64,000 nucleotides of DNA from Phallusia mammillata (Eukaryota), in assembly GCA_965637545.1 (NCBI GenBank), contig OZ281496.1, forward strand, positions 5,146,001-5,210,000. The letters are read 5' to 3'. Shown here piece by piece: positions 42,753 through 57,500 of the stretch (the stretch's first letter is position 1; each line of letters starts with the position of its first letter). Below the pieces are notes generated by a model. It was not told the origin of the DNA. It saw only the letters and a program-made list of their open reading frames with translations, and ran no database searches. A program made the translations under genes and the position numbers.

Positions 42753-43629
42753 TGTTACATCGCCTTGTACATATGTTTATGTTTTCTGTGTTTCCCGCCA
42801 GTAGTCTTGATTCCTGTGTATGACGCAGTGTTGTGCCACCTGCAACATTGTTTGTCACACTATCGGTGATTGTGATGTCACAACTTTGGCATTGTTTATT
42901 GGTATCACGTCTTGTAGGCGAGACCGCCTCGTGTTTATTAGTGACTGGAACTTACAGCGTCTGCATGCGTTTTTTAAACTGGTCAATTATGTTTGTTTTT
43001 TGTGTAACGAACAGGAAAATTATGCTGTTTAGAAACTGAATCGTCCAATGTTTGACTTGAATATTTAGTGATCGGTAAGCATATGTTAAACCTTGTTGTT
43101 AAACTTTTGGATTTGAATTTATGTGAAACCTGTATTCAGACGTGAATTCCGCCGTCGTCCAACCCGTGTTATTCTGAACCGAACTGTGTTATTCCGGTAA
43201 GATTATTGTTGCTTAAAGTTTGCCGTCCGTCACTAGTGTGATTAAGTGATGTTTATGTGTGATGTTATTAGATGCTGTGTTTACACCTTCTACTGATCGC
43301 TTGAATTTAAACGACTCCAGTCCTCTAATAGTTTGGTAAGCGTAAATGTCATTGAAATTCGACTTTTGTTGCCTTGTCTTAATTTGAACGTTTTTTTTTG
43401 TAGAAACCGCCTTTTGACCCTTGTACTTGCCGTGCTGCCGTATTCTCGAGCGCCATCTATCGGCCATATTGTAGAATAAAAGAGTTCGTTATATAGCTCT
43501 TGGCGTCTTGGAGTTTGAGCGCAAGGAAAGGCGCGTTAAAGACAGTTTTAGGACACAAGCGATCGCCCCTGCTGTGCTGTCTGGAGGCGCATGGAGTCAC
43601 GCCTTCCGATAACAAAAGACAGCGCAACA
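42753..43629 (+). repeat. 3' LTR
   Basis: Near-identical to the 5' LTR. Preceded by host-derived sequence rather than a polypurine tract. Confidence 0.95.
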
Positions 43630-46600
43630 ATGTAGTTAGGCACAGTGACTTCCCCGGGCAAGCTCTCGTTGAAATATTCGTTGGTAAAGAGATTTAGAGC
43701 AACGTCAAAGTTTCCTGTATTCTCAGCAGAGATTTCAATGGATCTGTAACAAGCTTCTATGTTTAAGAAATAAATGGACACGCTCCTGAGGAATTAGTCA
43801 CATGAATAGACGTCATTTACTGTTTTTGACTTTACCGTTTATTTGCCGAGTGGTTTGACTAGCACTAATAATAAAATAAAAATTTCTCACGAAAATGTGG
43901 AGAAATATATATGCCATGTGCTTACACATGCAATGACATGTGTCATGTTAAAGCTGGCATGTTGCGTGCTTTGTAGCATATGGTATATTACATGTGCTCT
44001 TGCATTACATGACACATATTATGTTTATGTTTTGGATATCGTGCGCTTTGTTGGCACGTGGCATGTGCCGTAGATGTCTTCTTACCCGGATTGTGGTTGG
44101 ACGTTGGATGATGAGATAAGTAGTTCCGAGTCGAACAGACAAGTGACATTAAGCTTGTTTTGAGGGTCGCGTTGGATTACTGCAGGGGATGGAGCTAGGA
44201 ATCTCCAGATCAGGAAAGACACCGACACCTTCCCCTTCCCATTCTGTTAATAAATCAACAAAAATATTTTTTTTGAAAGTTGACAGCAATAAAAAGCACC
44301 AATCCCCTGCAGTAATTTTTTGACAGTTGACAGCAATTAAAAAGCATCGTAATTACTGTGGACCAAATGAATATGTATCGATACATGGTGATGCCTGTCT
44401 GTACAATTTTACTAAATGACATGTTTGGTAGAAGTGGCACGATAAAGAAAACAGAAATGATGAAAACAGCTGTCGAGTTTTACCTTATAGAAGGCTTTGC
44501 ATTGGTCAATGTCAAACACGAACACCGGGTCTGACCCCGTGACCTTGCAGTTGTCATTAAGTTGAAAAAGGGACGTTTCCCGGTCCAATGCGATGTAAAG
44601 TGTGTCACCGAGTTCGTAATCTAATGTGGTTTGTTGATCAGCTGTTACTCTGCGAAAATTGGCTTTACTAGTTTACATGGACAAATGAAAATTACTCGAA
44701 ACACACCATCGCCAAATAAACTGACTATTTATCAGTATATTGTCAGCTGCGCAACGTCAAAATGTTATGCAAGACAGTGGGAACTCAATTGCTGGACAAT
44801 AATTAAACGCGCCACAGCTTCTAATAAATGATTCCTGCTTAAAGGCAAGAGTTCTAATACATCCTTAATTGTTCAGGATTTCAAAAACCCAAAAATATTT
44901 TTCTCCTTTGGTTTATTTTTTGTTACCACAGACAAATAAAACAAAGAAAAACTTGCGCGATGGTCAAGTCTTTGATCCTGCACACACTCATTGATTGTTC
45001 CGTTCCTACAAAAACACATTAGTTTGCATGTAAGCTTGTGGTTCTTAATTTATTTTCGTTACCCATAAGAAGAATCTGGTAAGTTTTCTTTTTTTTTCTT
45101 TTCAACAACGTTAAAAATTACAGCTTGTTGAAAAATGTTAAATAACCACATAGTGGTAAAACCTTAAGTTTAAATTCGAGAAAAAGACTCTTATCAACAT
45201 ATAAACTGTTACAAACGGTTTCCCCTACAAATTCTGCGCAAAAAGATTTTTCTTGTTGTTGAAATTTGAGTTCCATTCACCTGATTCAATGTTGACTGTC
45301 CCATTAAATCCCTGCGCTTCAGTGCGTGCGTCGCTGACAAAGACTAGAGTAAGATTTGTTGCAATAACTGTGTGATTCAAACCCCCAGTATGAGTCCCAG
45401 ACAATCTTTCCACATGACCTTCTTCGTTCTGGAACTAAAAATAAAGCCTTCGACCTATGTATGAACCAATGACAAGTGTGATGTATGTTTAAATAGAAGC
45501 TCCACTAGCTTTTGGGTTGGGTTCGGTTTTTGTTTCACATCTAAATTCACACTCAACCACATTAGTGTCCACTTCAAATATTGGCAGATCTAACTTTTGA
45601 CAAATTTTTTGTCTTGTTTAAAATTGGGAGTGCCTGTTTTTTGGTTCTTCAAAGGGATTTAACAAAAAACCGAAACAACAATAACTTACATATAGAAAGT
45701 CGAATCCACTCTCGGTGCGAAAAGTGGAGAATTGAAACACCAAGGACGCGTTGCTTTCCAATTGAAATCTCCAAACACAACCAACTTCAGCGGTGTAGTT
45801 ACTCGGAAACATTGGAGAGAACAAATTATACGGTAAACTATCGACATCCTCCCCACACGCTTCAACTGAAGTATACATGAAGTGTCAATGGTTAAGTTTA
45901 TGTGGACGGACAGTGCTGATGGCGACAATACTTTTGTTGCTAAACGATTGCCTGACCAATATGTTTTCAAATCTATTCTGTGTTATGTCAAGTTGTGGCT
46001 TCGAACAGATGTGGTTAAACTTGACTTTTTAACATGTACTTCATACAAGCTGAAGTGCCGTATGGCAAATCTATTGGCACCAGCTGCACTGAACAGACGA
46101 CAAAGGTTAATTTAGAATTAACTAGTTGGATCCAAACACACAACACACATTTTGCAGACTCCAAAATGGTGGGTTTCTAAGCTCAAGATCCGACACTTTG
46201 GATTAACATATAATTGAGCTTTTCTGCATTAATCCGACTTACCGGGACTTATATAAACCTGCATCAAGACTGTTGTGAGGTTGAGGACACATGATACATG
46301 TACAGACGAACTTTCAATGATAACCGGAAATGATAAGCCTCCACCTAACAACGTACCAGCCAATGTACCCGAATTGTCGATTCCCTCGTATATCTAGATT
46401 GAAAACAACAACTTGAAAGGTGACAAGTTGAGCATAAACACAGAATGAACCTTCCTAGTAAAAGAACAGAAAATACAATGTGGTTTGAAACAAATACAAA
46501 TATTTTTTGCACAATTTAGAACAACATAACTAATAAAATTTTAGTTACGTGCTTGAACATTTTACGTTGCTTGACGTTAAGTAACAATAATTCAATGGGC

Positions 46601-47459
46601 GTACATTTAGGATGGCACATTTTTGAGCTAATTGTGTAAAAAACGTTCTCTTTCCCGTCTTAAAGTTGAGGCCCGAACCTTTCCCAAATGTCCTTGATCT
46701 ATATCAAAGCGACTTCGTTTTCCAGAGGAGAACAAAATCGACCAAAAATATGAACCAACCGCTAATAACATTTCATTGTGAGCATAACACAATCCGACAT
46801 TTATCGTCCAACAAGGATCTTAGTGCAGCATAAAAACAAACCCATAACCGACCCAAGTCAATGCACAAACGAAATTCTACCTTACAATAGTTGTTTGCAG
46901 CAAGCTCTCCTGAACGCAAATAAGCAGCCAATCTAGGGGAGCCGTGTAGGGAAACAAAGGTGCTATTCCACGTGGCATAAGTAGGTGAAATAAATGCAAC
47001 CAATCGTAAAGCTGTTTTCTGTCCATCATCACACTGTGCATCTGAAACTTAACATTGAATTTACAATTAAAACAAAATTGCATCTATCCAAAAAACGTTT
47101 TTATACATCCTGGCAACAATAAACTACATAGCGCGTTGTATTTGTTTACAAATATGTCAACATTTTTGATACCATCAAACATTTCTAAGTCTTTGAACGG
47201 ATATTGAAAAGTTTTCTTTTTTTATTTTGTTTTCTGGCACCGCAGAGGACAAAAATTTCTAAGATGTAAATATTAGTTCCGCATTATGCTGATGTCAAAC
47301 GAGGATTATCTACTCAATTTCGGGATTTTTGTAAAGAATCGAAATAAAACATAGGTAACATTTGTGTTAGGAATGGAATGCTCAATACTGAAAGAAACAA
47401 ATTAAATACAAGTCTGACGGGTGAAAAACTGTCCATTTAATGTTTGAATATTTGTCCGG

Positions 47460-50400
47460 TGTGAATCGAAATACGCCGCATAAGACAAGAGTGAAAAAAG
47501 AAGGCGATCTTTCCGGTTCGCTGTAGGTATGTAAGAATACGATAATCGTAGTGAGAGAGGCCACTATATGCCTGGTACCCTGGGTGGGCTTTAGACGGTT
47601 GATGGAAATGAGCTGGTTGCTTTCGCTGATGGCAAGCGTCAAGCTCTTGCTGTTTCGAATAATGACGCGGAACGGGCCGTCGTTAGACGACGTAAGGAGG
47701 AGTCTGTAAGACCGCCAATGCTGCGATGACCGTTGTGCGGACCGTGACATGACATTAGAGTCGGCATAAGTTGACGCACTGTAGCCTTCAACGACGGGAC
47801 GTTCGTGATGTTCTGGGCGAAAAAAAATCGCCAAGAACGGTGATGGCAGAACCGTAAACTAGTTTGGCTGATGAAGCTTTGCTTTCCAAGAAGCTGGGTG
47901 AAAACCGTCCTGTAGCATCTGGCATTGGAATTGCTCCCGGCCATCGAGTAAAACTGTCGACCGAGGTAAGGTATCTGTTTCTCTGCGAAGGCGCAAACGG
48001 TCCAACATTGTCGACGTTGATATGTTGAAATTCAACAGTTGAATGCGTACATGGGAGGGCGGGTAGCTTGGTAGAGGCGCACGTACGTGGACAAGGCGAC
48101 TCATAGGAAACGTCACAAATGATTGTTGCTCCAGATTGATCGATCTGTATGTCCTTTAGTTTGAGGTTAGTGACAGAAGTACGGTATGCTTGAACTTCTG
48201 GGGCGACCTAAACAGCTGCAAGTGCCGAATAACTCAAGTCAAGTGGAAATCGAACAGCAATAATAGAAACGCGGGAGCGCGTCCACCACGTGGTTTTGCT
48301 TGCCTTCGATGTGTCGCACATCAATGGTAAACTTAGAATTGGCGGTTTAATTATGCTGTTGCTGTGTTGACCACGGAGCCAACACTTTGGTGAAAGCAAA
48401 GGCCAAAGGCTTGTGATGGATGTAAGCGGTGAACACGCGAACTTTCCAAAAATGGCGAAATTGGCGAATAGTGTGATGCAAGGCGAGCAGTTCCCTGTCA
48501 AAAGCGCTTTATTTTTCTCCGGTGGTCGCAGGCGTATTTTAAAATATGCTAATGGCCGCCAGGCTTTATTGATAAATTGCTGGATAAAGCCTCGATTTTA
48601 TGTTGTGATGCATCGCTAGATGTGGACGCAGTTGGTGCTTTAGGCAAGAGATGATGCAACAGCGTGACGTTCGCTAGGGCGGTTTTTGCCACTGAGAAAG
48701 CCAAATCTAACTGGTCTATAAAAGAACGTTGTAGTATTACCCATAAATCTCTGGAAAATAGGAGTCATAATGCGTGCAGCGCCAGGAATGAAACGGTGGT
48801 AAAAATTTGCTATATCTGCAAGCCAGTGAAGCCCTTTGGCAGTAGCGGGGCGCGGAAAAGTTTAAATAGCTTCTACTTTGTTGGAAATGGCCCGCGCACG
48901 GGTACTGTCAACGCAATATTCCAGTAAATCAATTTGTGAAATTAAAAACTAGCACTTTGATGTCAAGACCATGGTAAAAAAAGCAGCATCAAATAGCGCT
49001 TTAAAGGGTCGTAGTGTTGGGAAAGTGACTTGCTCGCTACGAGTATATCATCCAGATAGACGAACACAAAGTCCAAAGATTGACTTAAGCCGAATGACAT
49101 GCGTAGAAATTCAAAAAGGTCAAAAGGGGTAATGACCGCAGTTTTTGCAATATCATGTGGGCCACAGCTACCTGGTGGTACCCGCAAAAAAAGTCAAATT
49201 TGGAGAAATAAGCTGTAGAACCTGCCAATCGAGCCGAAAAGTTTTGAATGTGAGGATTTGGCGAAACGTTCAGGGTGGGTTCGTTAAGACGGCGGTAATC
49301 GCAACAGGGGCGCCACCCACCGGACGATTTTGAAACCATGTGCAGTGGTGAAGCCCATGGACTGGAAGAACGTATAATAATGCTCAGTTGCAGCATGTTG
49401 AAAAATTCATCTTTTTGCGTGGTCGAGTTTCTCGGGAGGGAAAAGTGGCGCGCAAAACTGCACGTGAAGGCCAATCGCTGGAGTAAAATGCTGGTCCCCA
49501 TGCTTGGGTAGCGACTGTAATATAATGGGAAGTAGTAATTTCTTTGAAAATTGACCGATAATCGATCATGAGGGGACGTGCCCACAGAAACGGTGTTAAG
49601 GTTTGGTTGAAAGCTTTGTCCGGTGCTTGTCCAGCTTTATCGATGAGGCGTCAAAGCTTGAGGTCAATGCAAAGAGAATGTGGTATAAACTGCCATTAAA
49701 GTTTGCCGGAAGGTAAATGCGTAGTTACCAGACGTGAACCGTATGTCCATATCTGGGTGCTATTCGCAGCAACGAATTTTTTTTTTCTGGAGGTTGGTGC
49801 ATCGATCTTATCCCGTGGGTGGTGTGACGCTTATCTTGTCGCCAGTATCAACAAGAAAATTCCGACCTGCTCAGCAATCCCAGACAAAGAAAGGGTTGTC
49901 ATTTGCGCCGGCCATCGTAGTAGTTTGTTTTCCTGCTGTGCCAATGCGCAAGGGCGACAGACACTTTATCGCATCTTTGCCAAATCGACGATGATAAAAG
50001 CAGAGGGACTTTGAGTCACGCATTTCCTGTGGTGAAGCGGATCGAGACTCCCTACCTCTTTTTTTATGCTTGTTGGAAGAAAACGCACTGCGCCGAACGT
50101 TGGACAGTGCAAGTTCCGTAGGCCTATGATTTCCTGACCATATCGCATCAGCTTTGTAGGCCAAAAGCCGCGGATCGCTAATTTCCTCTCCGCTCAGGCC
50201 TGTGCAGATAAACTCAGGCTATCGATCCAAAAACAGCTGTTGGAAAACAAAACATTCCTTTGCATCGCCAAGTAATGCAAGCACGTCATCCATTAAAGCG
50301 GATGGCATTCTGTCGCCCAAAGGAGGCATGTTAAGTAACCGCATGGCCCTCTGTGGGCGCGAAAGACAAAAGGTTTCTACCAAACGTGCCTTGATTGCTT

Positions 50401-50807
50401 CGTATTTATCTGCGTTTGGAGGATTTTCTAGCAGATCGATACGACGATTAGTTGTGTCCTGATCCAGAGCCAAAACAGCCCAATAGTATTATCTCCTGTA
50501 ATGCTTTTAAAGCGAATTGCGCCTCCGCTTGCTGAAACCAAACTTGTGACTGAGCTGTACAATACGTAGGTAACTTAATGGCTACAGTATTTTTTGAGTT
50601 TACGGTTTCATAATGCAAATATAATGTTTTTGTACGCTTCAGGTCACCAAATGTAGAGAGGTGTTTATTCGAGGTACGTGAAAATAGAACAACACAATGT
50701 GAATCGCAATACGCCGCATAGGTCGAGAGTAAAAGAAAGAAGGCAATCTGTCCGGTTCGCTGTAGTTATACAAGAACACGAGAATCGTAGTGAGAGAAGT
50801 CGCCACA
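47460..50807 (-). mobile_element. Decayed Ty3/gypsy element of the CsRn1-like lineage in Z4 intron 1
   Basis: 5' LTR 50652-50807 (TG..CA) and PBS tggtgacct (tRNA-Trp type). Gag fragments with CFYHRRFGKDAIKC (CHCC-like), protease FLVDTG, RT SPWASPLHMV..WRPCCDYRRLN and VYLDDIL, integrase end ISINRLKP. 3' LTR remnant 47460-47566. Many frameshifts and deletions. Confidence 0.85.
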
Positions 50808-52039
50808 GGTGTAGACTTTTTCAGCTCACCAAATCAAATCTTATTTCTATTTGCTTTTTGCATGCGATAATTGAGACATGAATAAACTGGGTATTCTCTG
50901 CATGGACGAAATGCATAAGCTGGTAGAGTGCGTAAAATAACATTACACCAACCAGCCAATACATCCTTTTATATCCATTTAATGAAATGCTATAAACTAT
51001 CGATTCCACTGTATTTTGTCACACTGTTGATTTGCTCGCCACAATTGTGCTTCATTGCTGTATTTATGCCCGTTGTGCAGGGTTTTTAAGTAAAAACGTT
51101 TATTTGTGTAACTTTGTGACAGTTAGAGGAAAAACTTTACTAAATTAAAAGAAATATTTACCAAATCAACTTACCTTTGTGCCAAAAACTAATCGAACAG
51201 AAGAACAAAACAGGTTTTAATGGCCCTCGTAACATTTTTAGCATTTTATGCAAATAAACGAACTGTGTTACCATAAACTTTAACTGTTAAAAGACAATAA
51301 GTATATATCACTAAAAATTATTTCACACCCACAAGAATCTTATCATGTTGCAAATATCTAACATAGCTAGTTAAATCAAGTGTGCCGAAACTTAGTCTAA
51401 ATCGTTTGGGCAATTCTAGCATCATAATGCTACCTCTCAGCTGAAACGCTTCGTATGCTTCAGGTTTTCTCATATACATTAGAACGCACCGCGGCCTACT
51501 TAGAGATTACCGGCACAAACCATCGAAAACATCGTAACAAAATGCAGGTGATTAAAAAAACCGGATCAATACAGCTTCGTAGCTTATCCTGCAGCCATGC
51601 CGCTTTATGCATCTGTTTTATACACGTATTATGTATCACGCCTGCGTCGTCAGGATCCATTTTGAAAACCTGTGTTGAAACAAGATGCATACAGTGCACA
51701 CGGTTTCGACCTATGAAATCTTATCAGTGCAGCTGGTGACAAGACACGAGCCGTATTGGCTGGTGTGGCCATCCAACGGCAATCCAGTTTGTTCGGTGTA
51801 ACAGGCTAAAAACCCATGTCTCACCAACTTGTTCGATGTTTTTGACTTGCTGCTCCCTACAAACTGGAGTGCCGTAAGAAGCTACTTTAGCTCATACGGG
51901 CGATCTCTTGTAACCGGCTGCACTGATGAGATTTCATCGGTCGAAACAGTGTGTACTGTCCGCAAGTTTCCTTTTTGTTCATCCGGCAAATACAGCTCAG
52001 CGGTTAACCCGTCGCAAGTCAACTAACCATTAGCATAAT

Positions 52040-53710
52040 TACTTGTTAGCCACATTGTGGACTGTTACTGTACAATGCAACTAAGTAAAAATGTTTGAAT
52101 TCCCAGGAGCCAATCTAAAATATGTTTGGTGAAATAAAATGAAGCCAAGTACTAAATTCAGGCCTGTGATATTGCATTCATTGGGTTTGTCCTAAATCTG
52201 TTGGCTGGTACAAAGTCCAAAATAACAAGGTACACAGTGTTACAATGCATACGGTACGGCAGGATATATATTGCTTAATAGAAATATGATTAACACATTT
52301 TCGAAGAAACGGTCTCTGTGGTACCTACAGAACAATAGGGTGCGATCACGTGACAATAAGCCAGCTTCCTCTTCATAGTAACGTAGGAAAAAGGCAAATG
52401 TTTGTCAGCTCTCATTGCACGAAATATAAAAGCAAAAACGAGTGGGCCGCATAACAGGGCCCTTTTCGCAAACGGTCATCAAGTGTCTTCATGTTTTTTG
52501 GGGGTTTCCAAATGACAGTTGTAAACATATTTATCTCATGACACCCTATCTGCTAGTGTGTACTTAGTGTCAGGGCTGATTTGTGACTTCATTCATAGTT
52601 TAAGCCCAATAATTTGTCGCATATACGTATTCAAGCCAAACAGATAGCACCAACTTTTTATTTAGCCTTCAGTCCATAATGCAAATTCATGACGTCACAT
52701 TCAGTACTTGCAAACTGCTGAATGACCAAACTTTTAGAAACTGCTGCTTTAGCTGATACTTGTTACGTATAGTGTAGCAACCGAGGAGATTTAGCAAAAA
52801 CTAGTGGAAATTACCAGAAGATTTGCAGTTTTTGTCTGAATCAGTGTGTTGGAGAGGGCCACACTAAACAGCTTGGCGGACCCGATTGTGGCCCGCGGGC
52901 CGCCTGTTGCATACCTCTGGTCTGAATCGTTTCAGCATTACCAGTATCCTAATGGTGCCTCTCAGCTAAAACGCTTCGTATGATTCAGGTTTTCTCATAT
53001 ACTACAGAACATAGTGTGACATACTTAGATCTTACCGGCGCAAACCATCACATACCCTGTAACACAAGGCAGTTGATTCAAACAGAATACAGTTTTGTGG
53101 CTTATCCTGTAGCGATGACGTTTATGCAACTGTTTTAAACTCATATTATGCATCACGCCTCGCCAGCGTCCATTTTGAAAACGTGTTGGAACAAGATGTA
53201 GACACAGCGGCACCATTTCAACTTGTGAAATCCCATCAATACAGCTGGTGACAATACATTGGCCGTTTTGGCTGGTATAGCCATCTAACGGCTTAGCGGT
53301 GAGCCCGTCGAATACCGACTGAACATAAGCAGGATTTTTTGGTCGCCACAATGTGGACTGTTAAAATGCAACTAAGTAAAGATGCTTGAATTCCCAGGAG
53401 CCAATCTAAAATACGTTTGGTAAAATTAAACAAAGCCTTTATTTTTTTACCAGTCACTAAAATACAGGCCTGTAGTATTGCATTCATTGGGTTTGTCTTG
53501 AATCTGTAGGCTGGTTGAAAGACCAAAAAAAAACAAGGTCCACAGAGCTAGAATGCATGTAGTACGGTAGGATATATATTGCTTAATAGAAATATGACTA
53601 ACACATTTTCGAAGAAACGGTCTCTGTGGAACCTACAGAACAATAGAGTGCGATCACGTGACAATACGCCAGCTTCCTCTTCATAGTAACGTAGGAAAAA
53701 GGCAAATGCT
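52040..53710. repeat. Local direct duplication (~370 bp: 52040-52410 and 53347-53710)
   Basis: Shared tgtggactgtta...ttcccaggagccaatctaaaata...aacgtaggaaaaaggcaaatg. Confidence 0.8.
52842..52919. mobile_element. 78-bp minimal hAT MITE
   Basis: Perfect 8-bp TSD gtctgaat (52834-52841, 52920-52927), CAG..CTG ends, ggcccgcgggcc subterminal palindrome. Confidence 0.75.
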
Positions 53711-54516
53711 GTTAGCTCGCACGGTGTAAGGTTGAATTGTGCAGCATAATTAGGAAACAAAAAATGATTTTCTGTACCGTTGTAAATTGCTCTGCTTTTA
53801 AATTGCTCCGCTCTCGCCCACACCACGCATTTGACGGCTTTTAATGGCAAAATATAATTTTAATGTTGAGCTCCTTTTATTTACTTTGCAGATCTAACTC
53901 ATCTGCTCGATCTGTAACTCTTCCATCTTTTAGAAATGCTTAAGCACACTGTTAGATATAACGGAACGTCTGGAGTTAGTCCACCTTTTTAAGCGCGTTA
54001 AATCGTTGATGATTTAGTACCACAAAACTCTAATGATGACTTTATTTTAACTGAATACCGTACTTGATCGGGTTTCGGAATTTTGCTTTTAAGTTTGGAA
54101 TCAAATTCCGGACGGCTTAATGCAATGGGACAGTTTTTGTAGGACAGAGTTTTACAACTTTAACACTACGCTTGTTGTTAAAAGAAAATGATGTTCAAAT
54201 TAAAATCCAATTTTCTTGTCTAATACCCCAAGTAATCGAAACATAATAAACACACACAATGTGAATTAAGCTTGAGTATATTGCACTAACATTACAGACA
54301 CAATGTACTGTTTCGACAACGTAATTTTCTAAAAACACAAAGCAATTAACTAAACTACCCAATGCACAATCTTTTTAAAACGATTTGCTCAATTACATTT
54401 TCAAACATAAAGTTTTGGATTTATCTTTAAACAAATGATTTTTCTTCAATGAGCTATATAACGACAGTTATACGCTGAGCGTTGTCGATCGAGATCGAAA
54501 ATACGTGAAAATCCAT

Positions 54517-57500
54517 CTACAGACGAATTTGTTTCGCATTTAGATCTCGGGCGTTTTTGCCCCATACAATGTAACTTGCTCCCATCACTACAGCAGCCAG
54601 AAGAACAAACATCACAAGTTGGAATATGTTGTAGGCTGTTTCATTTGCTTCGCCCTTTTCTTCAGTTGTATCTGCAAGAAAATTGAATGTTAACACAGAT
54701 ATGAACATTTAATTGATTGTGTTGTTACCTTGCACAAGCAAATACTTGGTAGTTTGTAAGATGTGTACTGGCCCTGCAGAAAGTCGTTGGTTGCGCCCAT
54801 TGCTGTCAACAGATCGTCGTCCTACACCTCCACACATCTGCAAGTAAGTTGACATTCATATGTTACAGCGTGATTCTTATTAATAATTCAAAGATTTTAG
54901 GTCACGTGTTGTGTTTTAAATCTTAACATATTTGAGCATAGGCGTCAAGTTGGCGGTGGCGGGGTGGCGGGGTGGCGCCGCCACCTTGGGTTTTTGAAGG
55001 CCCTAGGCGGCCACCGCGGATATTTTGATTTGTTTCTAGCGGTATCGTGCGAAACACCGTAAAATCTGATAAAATTTGAGAAAAATTTTGCGTTTAAACA
55101 AAGCGAAAATTCAACAAAACGTGCCGAAACTGCAACCTGATTTGGTTAGTGCTTTGTTTATGACGTCAAACACACAGTTGTTGGCAATGAATGCATAGCC
55201 ATTATTGTGCACAATGCGATTGTACTGTAACAAATGGTTATTTTAGGAGTTACAAGAGCAACAAGATGACGAAACATTTTCTAAACGTTTCAAATCCAAT
55301 AATAACGTTAAAGCAAAGTGTTTCAAATGAATATTATTACAAATTTTTTTTTAAAGAATTTGACGAACATTACATTCTATTGATTTGGCTTTGAGTTGGA
55401 GCTCGTGTGATTGCACGCATTAGTGCCGTCACATGAAGTAACGTCATAATTTACGTCCGTTACCTTGCATTTTTGTAAAAGTCGACGCCCATGTATTTGA
55501 GTACAAAATAAACATTTGTTTTTAGTCCATCAAGACTTTGATACTTTGCCGAACTCAACTCACCTGTCCAGGGCATTGTCCAGTTGAGTTTTGACAGACG
55601 GTCACGTCGCAGTGGATGTAGATGAATTGTTCTACGTCGGTAAAGTTTGTCCACACAAAGCTCATCAGCTTGAACGTTGCAAAGTTGGATTTGTAATTTC
55701 GTATCAACGTCTTTGCGTCGACAGCCTCACCTCCACTGGGTGGCGCAACGCACCTAATATTTTTGAGACAAAGTTGCGCATTGCGGAACACTAACTGCCG
55801 TTCAACTTTAGCATAGAAATAACATAAAAACGCAATCCATCCCAAGCATAGCTTACCTGCTTTGTACAATCTGATAGTTTGGCAAACCACTGGAGTTTTC
55901 GACGCGTGTAGCCCAACATTCTTCTACCTGTACAAATGTGTCAAAATACTGGATCAAGAAATAAGGTTTGTTTCAAATCAGTTTATTTTTTAAATTCGGC
56001 CTAAGATTACATTGTGGTCAAAAACCTTTGAAAACTTTAAAGGTTTCTGACACTTTAAATATAATGCCTAACAACCCTAAAGCTTTCATGTTTAAGCCGT
56101 TCGTACTATTTTGTATGTTCTGAACTTTTTGTAGGCTTTTATGTAAAAGCCTGTCAATTGAACTAACGGGCCAAAATAAGCTATTTAAAACCGAATTGTC
56201 GGGCTTCGGGCTTTGGGCTTGTGCTTTGGGCTTGTGCTTTGGGCTTGTGCTTTGGGCTTGTGCTTTAGGGTACGTGTCGAGTTCGGGCTTGAATTTCGGA
56301 CCAGCTCTCAACTGTGCAAACACTTAATACAGGGTGTGTTTAGGAGAGTTTGTAATCCATTTTCCTTGAATGAGTTTGTTTTTACTTTCTACCTGGACAA
56401 TGAAGTCATCGTTGCTCGGAGAAATTTCATCGAGTTTAACTTCAGCAAAAATGTAGTTGGGTACAATGACTTCCCCGGGCAAGCTTTCGTTCAAGTGTTC
56501 GTTCGAAAAGAGATTTAGAGCAACGTCAAAGTTTCCTGTATTCTCGGTCGAAATTTCAGCAGATCTGCACATAGTTTATTAAAAAAATTAAACAGATTTC
56601 CAAGACATTTAAAACTGTAGATTTATTTTCGTGTTTTTATTGGTGACTTTGCAATAATGTTTTGCTAGCAGTGATGATGAAACTAACATCCCAAATGTGA
56701 AACAACCATCAACTGCGACGAAAAAATTGCTTTCGTGTGCCATGTGCCATATGACATGTGACATGTGCCCTTGTTGTTTTCTTACCCGGCTTGTGGTAGA
56801 ATTTTGGATGACGAGAGAAGTTGATCGGCTTCAAATAGACAAGTCATATTGAGCTTGTTTTGAACGTCGCGTTGGATCACTGCAGAAGATGGAGCTAGGT
56901 ATCTCCAGATCAGGAAAGACACCGACACCATATCGTTCTCATTCTGTTCATACACACAATATACGTAAACATTTTTTATACACACGCAATAAAGTTTACT
57001 AAACAAAACTATGGTACAACAAATTCAAATACATTTGATCTTGGCTAACTATCTTTTTTCATTGTTCAAAAAAGTAACCGATGATTTTTCCAAACGTTAT
57101 AATTTTTTTTATACTGCGTTAATATATAAAATCGCATGTTACCTTATAGGCACCTTCACACTGACCAATGTCAAACACAAACACCGGATCTGACCCCGTG
57201 ACCTTGCAGTTGTCATTGAGCTCAGAAAGGGGGGTTTCCCTGTCCAATGCGATGTAAAGTGTGTCACCGAGTTCATAGTCCAATGTGTTTTGTTGATCAG
57301 CTGTTACTCTGCGAATATTAGACTGTAGAGTTTTTGTAGAGATGAACTGGCTACTAAGTGAACAACACATTTTAGCAATTATATCCTATTTTTGCTGATG
57401 TTAAGATGCGTTAAGTTTTTGTTGTTGCTTAGTCGCTTCGTGAATCAGCTGTTATCCTAAGAATATCTGACAGTAGAGTTTTAGTATAGCAACTTAAACA

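Larger units (their letters stand above)
35769..43629 (+). mobile_element. BEL/Pao LTR retrotransposon, young, inserted in Z4 exon 9
   Basis: LTRs of 878 and 877 bp with TGTT...AACA ends. 5-bp TSD atgta (35764-35768, 43630-43634). Domain order gag-PR-RT-RH-IN. Confidence 0.97.
33840..51235 (-). pseudogene. Z4: full-span CUB-ZP paralogue, inactivated
   Basis: Exons 51175-51235, 46881-47041, 46243-46393, 45690-45865, 45281-45434, 44957-45005 (GC donor), 44484-44649, 44086-44243, 43635-43743 + 35707-35768 (split by BEL, 1 nt short), 35487-35557, 35209-35397 (+2 frameshift), 34869-34977, 33840-34004 (10-nt insertion in the TM exon). Confidence 0.9.

Noticed and set aside
56018-56323. ORF with PKHKPKAQAQS repeats
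   Set aside because: It is the translation of an intronic 13-bp minisatellite.
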